Below are positions 1 to 8,698 of a stretch of DNA of 32,000 bases, piece by piece (positions within the stretch are counted from its first letter, which is position 1; each line of letters starts with the position of its first letter). Source of the DNA: Aliivibrio fischeri ES114 (GTDB lineage: Bacteria; Pseudomonadota; Gammaproteobacteria; Enterobacterales; Vibrionaceae); NCBI RefSeq assembly GCF_000011805.1, contig NC_006840.2; one strand, written 5' to 3'. A model generated the notes under the pieces. The model was not told the origin of the DNA. It ran no database searches and saw only the letters and a program-made list of their open reading frames with translations. A program made the translations under genes and the position numbers.

Positions 1-921
1 GCACCAACCACCAATATCACAACGATATTTTTGATTTAAGTTTTGAACTTCATCACCAGCCGCATAGTTTGTTCCAGACTTGTATTGAGGGAGGCCTGCA
101 CACCCACCACTGGATGGTTCAGATACCTCAAGTGTAACGCCTTTACTTATGGTTGTCTGATTATCATTATCTGTCGCCTTTGCTTTAAATTGGTGAGGAC
201 CGCTTGTCGCTAACCATGAATACTCAAAAGGTGCTTCGGTATCAGTAAAAGCAAGTTGATTATCAATGTAGAACTCGACATTATTAATTACGCCATCACT
301 GTCATTTGCATTGGCTGAAACGACTAATGTGTCGCCTGTTGTTAGTTTTTCATTTCCTATTGGAGAGGTAAGTTCAATTGTTGGAGGGACAAGTTCACCT
401 GCTGATTGAACCTTTATAGAAACAGATTCTGTGGTGGTGGCACCTTCATCGTCTGTGGCAATAACAATAATTGATGTGGTGTTTTTAATAGCAATCCAAG
501 GTGTGTTATAAGGAGGGCTGGTAACAATGGCAATAGATTGATTGTTTGATAAGAATTCTACTTGAGTAATGGAACCGTCTTTATCATCAGCACTCGCTTG
601 AAGTGTTATCAGGCTAGCTTCAGGGATTATGGCATTATTTATTGGGGATATGATTGTCACTGTTGGTGCGATATTCTCACCTCCTGTACTACATTTACCA
701 AGATTCTTCCATTCTTGCCATTCACCGGAATGTGTTTCTGGATCGTTTCCTTGTGACCACCATTGGGCTTGGTAAGCAATATTGTTTTGTTGAACAGTAT
801 CCCCCCCACTATAAGCTTGAGTACTTTGCCAAATTGGCGTCGAGCTACAATCAAATGCATTTGCTCCATATGAGATAAAGAGAGCAGAAGCAATAGCACT
901 CTTAATGAATATCCCTTTCAT
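1..921 (-). CDS. Secreted chitin-binding protein, probably a chitinase (N-terminal part; 3' end lies beyond the left window edge)
   Basis: Manual reverse-strand translation from ATG (complement of 919-921) stays open for 307 codons to base 1. MKGIFIKSAIASALFISYGANA is signal-like. It is followed by a CBM5/12-like module (W..STQAYSGGDTVQQNNIAYQAQWWSQGNDPETHSGEWQEWKNLGKC), two Ig-like repeats (PTVTIISPINNAIIPEASLITLQASADDKDGSITQVEF...; PTIELTSPIGNEKLTTGDTLVVSANANDSDGVINNVEF...), then the start of another chitin-binding-like module (CAGLPQYKSGTNYAAGDEVQNLNQKYRCDIGGWC). Confidence 0.85.
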   Translation of the reverse strand, partial: MKGIFIKSAIASALFISYGANAFDCSSTPIWQSTQAYSGGDTVQQNNIAYQAQWWSQGNDPETHSGEWQEWKNLGKCSTGGENIAPTVTIISPINNAIIPEASLITLQASADDKDGSITQVEFLSNNQSIAIVTSPPYNTPWIAIKNTTSIIVIATDDEGATTTESVSIKVQSAGELVPPTIELTSPIGNEKLTTGDTLVVSANANDSDGVINNVEFYIDNQLAFTDTEAPFEYSWLATSGPHQFKAKATDNDNQTTISKGVTLEVSEPSSGGCAGLPQYKSGTNYAAGDEVQNLNQKYRCDIGGWC

Positions 922-1173
922 ATATGTATCCTTAATTATCGAATGAATGGTTTTTAGCGTTAAATCTTTAATACCAATTAAGTTCTAGTAGAAAATAAGT
1001 GTGTTTTTTTATTTTGTTTTGCTAATTAACAGGAGATCACAGAGATAATTAAAGCTCTCATAGAGTTACGGCTCTTTTTAGAAAGAGTTCACACTAAAAA
1101 ATGCGATTTGAATTTAAAGCGTTACTCTTTATTTTTGCTATCATAAGCGGCTCTATTTTATGGGCTAGATAAG

Positions 1174-1659
1174 ATGATAAATAAAGAAGCATTATTAGAT
1201 TCGATTATTGATGAGTTGCGCAAGATCCATCAACTAGCGTTGGATGCTACTCAAAGAGCGATTGACCAAGCAACAGATAAAGAAGCGATAGCTCGAAGTA
1301 AGTATGAGACGTTTGGTTTAGAAGCTTCTTATTTGGCACATGGACAAGCGGTTAGGGTTTCTGAATGTGAGGCTGATATCTTAGCTTATCGAAAATTACC
1401 AAGGTTGGTTTATACAGAAAACAGCAGCATTAACCAAGGTGCTTTGGTTACGCTAGTGAATCAAGATGATGTTGAAAGTACTTTTTTTATTGGTCCATCG
1501 GCAGGTGGAGTGAAAGTGGCTCATCAAGACTTAGTGTTTTCATTGATTACGCCATCTGCACCATTAGGAAAAGCAATGATAGGGCAGCAGGTTGGGGATG
1601 AATTTGAATTGAACTTAGCTGGGAAAAAACAGCAATACGAAATTATTGATGTTCAGTGA
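1174..1659 (+). CDS. GreA/GreB-fold family protein (elongation-factor-like C-terminal domain)
   Basis: 161-aa ORF; coiled-coil-like N-terminus and a C-terminal segment (FFIGPSAGGVKV...ITPSAPLGKAMIGQQVGDEFEL) typical of the GreA/GreB C-terminal domain. Confidence 0.75.
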   Translation: MINKEALLDSIIDELRKIHQLALDATQRAIDQATDKEAIARSKYETFGLEASYLAHGQAVRVSECEADILAYRKLPRLVYTENSSINQGALVTLVNQDDVESTFFIGPSAGGVKVAHQDLVFSLITPSAPLGKAMIGQQVGDEFELNLAGKKQQYEIIDVQ

Positions 1660-1673
1660 TTTTTTGGATCAAA

Positions 1674-1697
1674 AAAAGAGAGGCGAACCTCTCTTTT
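1674..1697. terminator. Bidirectional intrinsic terminator between convergent genes
   Basis: AAAAGAGAGG-cgaa-CCTCTCTTTT, perfect 10-bp stem with 4-nt loop. Confidence 0.85.
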
Positions 1698-1720
1698 AAA
1701 ATTTCATTTAGGCGGTGTAA

Positions 1721-2815
1721 TTAAACATTAGGAACAGCGATTTGACCATTAGTCAGCTGATCAGTATCAGCCTCAATGATTTCATCAATGTAAGTTTCTA
1801 CTGTTTGACCAACCATTTCGTCATCTTCCTTAAAGTAAGCAAGATGGAAAACAGCATCACCTTCATTAACTAAAGGTAAGGTTTGTTGACCAATAACAAT
1901 GCCGCCTTTATGTGCACGTAGTTCAATTTCACTATGGCCTAGTGGTGCGCTGATGTAAGCCAGAACTTGGCCTTTTTCAACTTGTTCACCCAGCGTTACT
2001 ACCGTACGTAAAATACCGTCGCTTTCTGCACGTAACCAACTTGTTGATTTAGCTATAACCGCTTCAGGTAAGCGTTTTCTGCTTGCCTTTAACATGCCAA
2101 TTGCTTGCATTACACGTTGTACACCTACATAACCTGCATTGATCGCAATTGGCTCAAAGCGCAAGGCTTCACCTGCTTCATAGGTTAATACCGGGATATT
2201 GCACTTTTCAGCTTCACTACGAAGAGAACCATCACGAAGAGGTGAATCAACAATCACTGGTGTACCGAATGCATGTGCAATACGTAACGTCTCAGGATTG
2301 CTTAAATCAGCTCGAAGTTGAGGAAGGTTCGTTCTGTGAATCGCACCTGTATGTAAATCAACAATATAATCACAACGTTGTGCAATCTGAGTGAAGAAGG
2401 TATTTGCCATGCGAGATGCCAAAGACCCTTTTTCAGAACCAGGGAAACAACGGTTTAAATCACGGCGATCAGGAAGATAGCGTGATTTATGAATGAAACC
2501 AAAGACGTTCACAATAGGCACAGCAATCAGTGTGCCTTTTAGTTTCTTCGGATCAATGTTATTGATTAATTGACGTACAATTTCAACACCATTAAGTTCA
2601 TCACCATGAATGGCAGCATTTACCATCAGGATAGGGCCAGCATGCTGGCCATTAATGATCTCAACAGGGATCGATAAAGGTGAATGCGTATAAAGCTTAG
2701 CGGCTTCAATTTCAATTACCTTTCTTTCACCAGGTGCAACCGAGTGCGTTAATAATTCAAACGCTTGATTTTTTTTAGCCTTTGCCACGAGTTTTAGTCC
2801 TTTTAGTCGCTGCAT
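1721..2815 (-). CDS. Succinylglutamate desuccinylase/aspartoacylase (AstE/AspA) family zinc hydrolase
   Basis: Contains [23 protein letters not shown] and DLHTG motifs of the family. ORF extends to 2833 but an internal Met (MQRLKGLK) at 2815 is a plausible start. Confidence 0.85.
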
Positions 2816-3680
2816 TTTTCTCAATAAAATCAATAATTAGGCCTGCAACATCTTTACCTGTTGCTTTTTCAATGCCTTCTAAGCCCGGAGATGAGTTCAC
2901 TTCCATAACCAGTGGACCACGATCAGAGCGAAGTAAATCTACACCTGCAACATTTAAGCCCATGATATTTGCAGCAGCTACAGCTGTCTTACGCTCTTCA
3001 GGAGTTAATTTAACCAGTGATGCAGAACCGCCACGGTGTAAGTTAGAGCGGAACTCGCCTTCTGCACCTTGACGTTTCATTGCTGCAATCACTTTGCCAC
3101 CAATAACGAAGCAACGGATATCAGCACCGCCAGCTTCTTTGATGAACTCTTGAACCATGATATTTGCTTTTAAGCCCATGAATGCTTCAACAACACTTTC
3201 TGCTGCTTTACGCGTTTCTGCAAGAACAACACCAATACCTTGAGTGCCTTCTAAGAGCTTGATCACAACTGGCGCACCGCCAACCATGTCTAATAAATCT
3301 TTAACGTCATCTGGTTTACTTGCAAAGCCAGTAATAGGCATACCGATGCCTTTACGTGACAGTAATTGCATTGAACGTAATTTGTCACGAGAACGAGTAA
3401 TTGCAACAGATTCGTTTACTGGGTATACACCCATCATTTCAAATTGACGTAATACTGCAGTACCGTAGAAAGTAACAGAAGCACCAATACGTGGAATGAT
3501 TGCATCGTAATCAACCAGCTCTTCACCTTTGAAGTGAATTTGAGGTTTTTCTGAATTGATATTCATATAACAACGTAATGCATCAATCACTTTTACTTCA
3601 TGCCCACGGCTCTCAGCAGCTTCAATTAAACGGCTAGTAGAGTAAAGAGATTGGTTACGCGATAAAATACCGATTTTCAT
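2775..3680 (-). CDS. rimK: RimK-type ATP-grasp ligase (ribosomal protein S6--L-glutamate ligase)
   Basis: 301-aa ORF: [41 protein letters not shown]..., [51 protein letters not shown]-like ATP-grasp motifs. Confidence 0.93.
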
Positions 3681-4120
3681 TATACAGTTTCCTCAAAATC
3701 AACAAGGTAAGATGACGATGGATCTACAACAATGCGGTCTTGCATTGAGGTTCTTCCAAGTAACATACGAAACACCATTGTTTCTCGGTTACTTAATGTA
3801 ATTTCAATTGGCCACTCTTGGCCTGCGAGTCGGATCATTGTTTTGATGACGTAGCGCATCTCTTCTTGACCGCTTGAGCTTTTTACTTTGCGTCGGTCTA
3901 CGATCGGTGCTTCACAGATTTGCACAAAATCGTTATTACGCTTTTCTGGGTGAATCCAGAAGCGGACCCAGTCTTCACCATCCTTTGTGAAGGGCTCTAC
4001 TTTAAAAGCATGCAAGCAAGAAGTTTTGGCGCCAGTATCAACTTTTGCCTTAATTAATTTAATACCAAGTTCTGGAAGGCTTAGTGATTCGCGCCATCCG
4101 ACAATGATTTTATCTGTCAT
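3680..4120 (-). CDS. Retropepsin-like aspartic protease family (formerly 'ATP-dependent zinc protease', RimB-type)
   Basis: 146-aa ORF with [16 protein letters not shown] motif and [17 protein letters not shown]; directly upstream of rimK with a 1-nt overlap. Confidence 0.87.
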
Positions 4121-4611
4121 TAATTTGTCTCAAATAGAAAAAATCCACACTAAGTATAGTTAATACTTGGCGGATATCTAACCCATTTGGCTACCATCTA
4201 ATTGTCTGAGCGTGTTACTCAGTAGTCTGGAGTTTGGTGGAGTAAGTAGAGAGGTGTTATAGGATGTGTACACCGTGACTCAATGACGGCGAATTTATCA
4301 GTAGTTTTTAATTTCGTCAAATAAAATATTGATTATAAATTTGACGCTTTTGGATTACTTTTTCTAATGCTTATTTATTGTGAATAGAATAAGTCGTTCT
4401 ATTTGTGCTGATTAAAAAAAAAGCAAAACAGTAAGGTTAATTATAAAGAAAAATGAATAACTATAATTCCTTATATTCACTGCAGAATAGTGAATGTTGC
4501 TTTAAATCGCGATCAATAAGAAATAAATCAATTACTTTGATAATTATTTCTGGTTTTTAATGAAATCTGAGGTAATATAATCGCATTGTACTAGTTGAGT
4601 GATACATTTTA

Positions 4612-5955
4612 ATGAGCAGTAATAGAGAAAGTTTTAGTTCACGATTAGGTTTTATATTGGCAGCAGCAGGGGCTGCGGTTGGCCTTGGTAACATTTGGGG
4701 CTTCCCTACTCAAGCGGCAAGTAATGGTGGTGGCGCCTTCTTACTTGTTTATTTAATTATGATCTTAGTTGTTGCTTTTCCTATGTTGGTTGTAGAAATG
4801 GCCATTGGTCGTCACGGACAAGCAAACCCTGTTGATAGTATGCGTTCGTTGACTTCTAACCCATTAGGAAAGAAATTTGGTGCATTTGTTGGTTGGATTG
4901 GATTAAGTGTTCCTAGCGCAGTATTAATGTTTTATAGCATTGTTGGTGGATGGTTAATCTGTTTTCTACTTGGTGCTATGGCAAATGTTGTTGGATTGAA
5001 TGACGTTGCTGAGTGGTTTAAAGGCTTTAGTATTGAGCGTAATCTATTAGGTACGATCCTTTTTTATGTATTAACTATTCTAATCGTACAAGGTGGAATC
5101 AAAGACGGTATTGAGAAATGGTCAACTCGCTTGATGCCTGCATTATTCATATTATTTGGCTTATTGTTTGTTTATATCATGCTGCAGCAAGGGGCTGTAG
5201 AAGGATTGAAGCACTACCTTATTCCTGATTTTGAAAAGGTGATGGATAAGAAATTAATTTTAGCAGCAATGGGACAGGGCTTTTTCTCTCTGACTATTGG
5301 TGGTTGTTCAATGCTGATTTATGGCTCTTATTTAAGTAAGAAAGAGAACCTGCCTAAGATGGCTATGAATGTAACCTTAGTGGATACTGCTGTTGCTTTT
5401 ATTGCTGGTCTTGTTGTATGCCTGCAATGTTTGTTGCTATGCAAAAAGGCGTCAATTTATGCAGAGGACGGTTCGTTATTAAGTTCTGATACTTTAGTAT
5501 TTACTGTATTACCTATGATGTTTGATAGCTTAGGTTTGTTTGGTGATTTATTTGCTATTGTTTTCTTTGCGCTGTTAACGATCGCTGCTTTAACTTCGTC
5601 GATCTCTATGCTTGAGTGTTCAGTATCGTTAGTAAGTGAGCGATTTGAAACAAAAAGAACGCCAACAAGTTGGGTTTTAGGTTCATTAATTGCAGCATTC
5701 AGCGTTGTTATTGTATTTAATTTTGGTGAGCTATTTGGTTTAGTTGCTATGATTGCAACTCAGTATTTACAGCCAATTGCAGCATTATTGTTCTGTGTGT
5801 TTGGTGGTTGGGTATGGAGTCGTCATTCTAAAATTAAAGAACTTGAGCAGGGTTATCCTGAGTTCCAGCAAGGTTTCTTTGGTAAAATTTGGCCTCTGTA
5901 TGTGAAATTTGTGTGTCCTATTTTGGTTATCACGGTTTTATGGGCGTCATTCTAG
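4612..5955 (+). CDS. Sodium-dependent transporter, neurotransmitter:sodium symporter (NSS/SNF) family
   Basis: 447-aa hydrophobic ORF beginning RESFSSRLGFILAAAGAAVGLGNIWGFPTQAASNGGGAFLLVYLI, the NSS TM1 signature. Confidence 0.93.
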   Translation: MSSNRESFSSRLGFILAAAGAAVGLGNIWGFPTQAASNGGGAFLLVYLIMILVVAFPMLVVEMAIGRHGQANPVDSMRSLTSNPLGKKFGAFVGWIGLSVPSAVLMFYSIVGGWLICFLLGAMANVVGLNDVAEWFKGFSIERNLLGTILFYVLTILIVQGGIKDGIEKWSTRLMPALFILFGLLFVYIMLQQGAVEGLKHYLIPDFEKVMDKKLILAAMGQGFFSLTIGGCSMLIYGSYLSKKENLPKMAMNVTLVDTAVAFIAGLVVCLQCLLLCKKASIYAEDGSLLSSDTLVFTVLPMMFDSLGLFGDLFAIVFFALLTIAALTSSISMLECSVSLVSERFETKRTPTSWVLGSLIAAFSVVIVFNFGELFGLVAMIATQYLQPIAALLFCVFGGWVWSRHSKIKELEQGYPEFQQGFFGKIWPLYVKFVCPILVITVLWASF

Positions 5956-6002
5956 TTAGTTAGAAATACTCAACATTCAAACTGTCTCGTCCTAAAATAT
6001 AA

Positions 6003-6035
6003 AAAAAGCCAGCATGTTAATTATGCTGGCTTTTT
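6003..6035. terminator. Bidirectional intrinsic terminator between the NSS transporter and the DUF4250 gene
   Basis: AAAAAGCCAGCAT-gttaatt-ATGCTGGCTTTTT, perfect 13-bp stem. Confidence 0.9.
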
Positions 6036-6054
6036 ACTTTTGATTGGATTTGTT

Positions 6055-6243
6055 TTATCTAAATTGTTTTGCTTCTTCTAGGTAGTCAAACCCTGCATCA
6101 GCTAGCTTTTTAATGAGAGCGTCTTTATCTAGTTCATAGAATTTTACGTAGTTATCTAAATCACCAAATTCATCTCTGATTTTCATATTAACCATACTCA
6201 TCAGCATGACAGGATCCATTGAAGCCATTTTTTCAGGTGTCAT
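6055..6243 (-). CDS. DUF4250 domain-containing small protein
   Basis: 62-aa [57 protein letters not shown] resembles the DUF4250 family. Confidence 0.8.
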   Translation of the reverse strand: MTPEKMASMDPVMLMSMVNMKIRDEFGDLDNYVKFYELDKDALIKKLADAGFDYLEEAKQFR

Positions 6244-6449
6244 TACTTATCCTCAAAATCTGAAATTAATAAGTTAGCAGCAGCAAAGGCAGCACGTTCT
6301 CGAGCTTCTTTTGGTAATGCCTCATCAGCAGCAATATCGTTCAGTGTTTTTACAGCACAAGTGATAGCTTGTGGGATATAACCTTGATCACCACTACCAA
6401 TTAACGAATACAACTCACGGACTTTGTCACAACAATCATAAACTTTCAT
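6243..6449 (-). CDS. yaeP: YaeP family (UPF0253) small protein
   Basis: From internal Met at 6449: [68 protein letters not shown]; resembles E. coli YaeP. The listed ORF extends upstream to 6515. Confidence 0.8.
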   Translation of the reverse strand: MKVYDCCDKVRELYSLIGSGDQGYIPQAITCAVKTLNDIAADEALPKEARERAAFAAANLLISDFEDK

Positions 6450-6517
6450 AATTTTTCTCATATAAATGATAACTATAGTGAGTTTACACGTTGAAAAAGG
6501 GAAAACATAGATCAAAA

Positions 6518-6553
6518 AAAGCTGAAAAACCTAGGGGGAAGTTTTTCAGCTTT
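6518..6553 (-). terminator. Intrinsic terminator downstream of nanA
   Basis: AAAGCTGAAAAAC-ctagggggaa-GTTTTTCAGCTTT, perfect 13-bp stem, with a run of A on the plus strand at the left (U tract in the minus transcript). Confidence 0.85.
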
Positions 6554-6575
6554 AGAGCAAAGATAAGTCTGTATT

Positions 6576-7469
6576 TTATTGTATGAAACCAGCGTTTCTC
6601 ATTCGAGTTGCTACGGTTACTTTCTGCTCTGCAGTTAACGGCATTAAAGGTAAGCGAGGATCGCCAGCATTGATGTCGTGAAGCTCCATTGCAACCTTAC
6701 CAGCCGCTACACCGCCGAAATCTACTAATACACGGATAAGCTCAATAACATTTGTCATCTTATTGAATACCGCTTCTTGATCGCCACGATTAAACGCTTC
6801 GATAATGGAATTAAAATGTGGAGCAGCATAGTTATAAGTACTACCTACCGCACTTTTTGCGCCAACAGCAAGTGCGCCAGGTAGGTGCTCATCAACACCA
6901 AATGGAATATCAAATTTACCATCACAAGCACGAAGGCAACGTTGGTATTCGTACAAATCACCACTGTTAAATTTAAGACCAGATAAATTAGGAATGTGCT
7001 TATCGGCTTGGATTAAAAACTCTTCCATATTTAAATTCACACCAGACATGCCTGAGTGGTAGTAGTAGAAGCCTTTTGATGGTGCGGCAGCTGCAATGGT
7101 TGCACAGTATTCAACTAGGTCAGCTACGCTACCAGGTTTGAAGAAACATGGGCCAATTGCTGATGTTGCTAGAATATCGAGAGTATCTGCATGGCGTGTA
7201 AGTTCTAACGTATCAATAATGCTTAATGCGCCTGTATGTACAATGATATCTAATTGGTTATTAGAAGCACTTACCCAACGCTCAGCGATGGCTTTACGTT
7301 CTTCAACACTACAGTGAATGCCTTCTCCTGTAGTCCCACATACATAAATGCCTTTTACGCCATCTTTGATTAAATGCTTGGCGATTTTATCAATCTCTTC
7401 AAAGTTTACGTTGTTTGAAGAATCAAATGGAGTATGTGGAGCAGCAATTAAACCGGTTAACTTTTTCAT
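6576..7469 (-). CDS. nanA: N-acetylneuraminate lyase (DapA/NanA family)
   Basis: 297-aa ORF: MKKLTGLIAAPHTPFDSSNNVNFEEIDKIAKHLIKDGVKGIYVCGTTGEG...KGFYYYHSGMSGVNL...LSGLKFNS; genomic context with nanE/nanK. Confidence 0.93.
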   Translation of the reverse strand: MKKLTGLIAAPHTPFDSSNNVNFEEIDKIAKHLIKDGVKGIYVCGTTGEGIHCSVEERKAIAERWVSASNNQLDIIVHTGALSIIDTLELTRHADTLDILATSAIGPCFFKPGSVADLVEYCATIAAAAPSKGFYYYHSGMSGVNLNMEEFLIQADKHIPNLSGLKFNSGDLYEYQRCLRACDGKFDIPFGVDEHLPGALAVGAKSAVGSTYNYAAPHFNSIIEAFNRGDQEAVFNKMTNVIELIRVLVDFGGVAAGKVAMELHDINAGDPRLPLMPLTAEQKVTVATRMRNAGFIQ

Positions 7470-7525
7470 TTAAGCCTCGTTAGTTTATTTTTAATGAAGT
7501 TATTCTTCATTTAAATATCAATATT

Positions 7526-7549
7526 GGAGTTAAACTAATCTTATGGAGT
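7526..7549. promoter_or_regulatory. Candidate NanR-type operator region upstream of nanA (two GGAGT elements 19 bp apart)
   Basis: TTGGAGTTAAACTAATCTTATGGAGTAAAGTTT; GGAGT at 7526-7530 and 7545-7549, matching elements at the nagA and nanE control regions. Confidence 0.5.
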
Positions 7550-7684
7550 AAAGTTTCATTTAGCAACATGAAAATCACAGCGTAATGTCGTAAATGTGAT
7601 CTGTGAGAGTAAATTTAGCGCTAATTATTTTTATATGTGTCGTATTTATTCTTTTTTAGTGTAAATAATGCGAATAATAATTAT

Positions 7685-7710
7685 GGAGTTACACTTCACA
7701 AAGTGGGAGT
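7685..7710. promoter_or_regulatory. Candidate operator upstream of the RpiR-family regulator gene
   Basis: ATGGAGTTACACTTCACAAAGTGGGAGTAGC; GGAGT at 7685-7689 and 7706-7710 flank a CACTT-caca-AAGTG inverted repeat (7692-7705). Confidence 0.45.
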
Positions 7711-7761
7711 AGCATGACAAAATGAAATTCACAACGTGTTTTATTCAAGGGTTACTTTCTG

Positions 7762-8640
7762 ATGTCCAACCATAATATTCAAATAAAAGCGGGCAACATC
7801 ATCGATACGATAGGCAGTCTTTATAATAGTTTGACTCCATCTTCAAAGCGTATCGCTGATTATGTTATGTCTAATGCGACTCAAGTGAGTAAACACTCGA
7901 TTGCTGAACTATCACAGATTGTAAATGCGGGTGATGCAACCATTATTCGTTTTTGTCGAACTCTTGGTTTTAAGGGCTATCAAGATTTTAAAATGGAATT
8001 GGCGATTGAAGTTTCTAATCTTCAAGGTCGAGAAAAAGAGATTTTTGATACTGATGTTACTGCGGAAGATAATGCGGAAGTGATAGGGCATAAGCTTCAA
8101 TCAACCATTGAAAGCGTCCTTGCTGAAACCATGAATTTACTTAACTTCCAATCTTTAGAGTCGGTAGCTGAAGCATTAAAAGATGCAAAAGCGATTTACT
8201 TTTTTGGTGTTGGTTCATCAGGTTTAACCGCTGAAAGTGCAAAACATAAATTCATGCGAATTGGTTTAAATGTGGATGCATTTACTAATAACCATTTTAT
8301 GTATATTAAATCATCGTTAATGCAACCTGGGGATTTCGCAGTAGGGCTTAGTCACTCTGGTAATTCAGTTGAAACGACAAAAGCATTACGCTTAGCAAAA
8401 GAGAGTGGAGCGACGACGATTGCCATTACGCATAATCCTCGTTCGGATATTACTAAGTATTCTGATTATGTCTTAGTGAACGGTAATAGGCAGGGACAAC
8501 TGCAAGGTGACTCTATTGGTACTAAAATATCGCAGTTGTTCGTATTGGATTTAATTTATACTTTATTAGTGAAGCGTGATATTAGTGGTGCAAAAGCTAA
8601 TAAACTCAAGACTACAGAAGCGCTTTCTAACCAATCGTAA
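7762..8640 (+). CDS. nanR: MurR/RpiR family transcriptional regulator with SIS domain, probable sialic acid catabolism regulator NanR
   Basis: 292-aa ORF: N-terminal RpiR-type HTH (SIAELSQIVNAGDATIIRFCRTLGFKGYQDFKMEL) and SIS domain (AIYFFGVGSSGLTAESAKHKFMRIG...GLSHSGNSVETTKALRLAKESGATTIAIT); located between nanA and nagA/nanEK. Confidence 0.85.
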   Translation: MSNHNIQIKAGNIIDTIGSLYNSLTPSSKRIADYVMSNATQVSKHSIAELSQIVNAGDATIIRFCRTLGFKGYQDFKMELAIEVSNLQGREKEIFDTDVTAEDNAEVIGHKLQSTIESVLAETMNLLNFQSLESVAEALKDAKAIYFFGVGSSGLTAESAKHKFMRIGLNVDAFTNNHFMYIKSSLMQPGDFAVGLSHSGNSVETTKALRLAKESGATTIAITHNPRSDITKYSDYVLVNGNRQGQLQGDSIGTKISQLFVLDLIYTLLVKRDISGAKANKLKTTEALSNQS

Positions 8641-8663
8641 TTCTTTGACTGTATAAAATTATA

Positions 8664-8693
8664 AGGCCGTGAATATACACATATTCACGGCCT
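8664..8693. terminator. Bidirectional intrinsic terminator between convergent nanR and nagA
   Basis: AGGCCGTGAATAT-acac-ATATTCACGGCCT, perfect 13-bp stem. Confidence 0.92.
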
Positions 8694-8698
8694 ATTTT

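Noticed and set aside
562-899. Listed ORFs 562-756 (+), 654-878 (+) and 657-899 (-)
   Set aside because: All overlap the continuous minus-strand frame (1-921) that encodes recognisable chitin-binding and Ig-like modules; these are shadow ORFs.
2149-3447. Plus-strand ORFs 2149-2394, 2782-3072 and 3244-3447
   Set aside because: Antisense to well-supported AstE-like and rimK genes, with no recognisable family features.
4121-4611. AT-rich 490-bp intergenic region considered for a small RNA or small ORF
   Set aside because: A short CTGAG...CTCAG pairing near 4188-4218 is too weak, and no clear terminator or promoter pair defines an sRNA; it probably just holds the two divergent promoters.
7096-7317. 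Plus-strand ORF antisense to nanA
   Set aside because: Shadow ORF inside nanA with low-complexity composition and no family resemblance.
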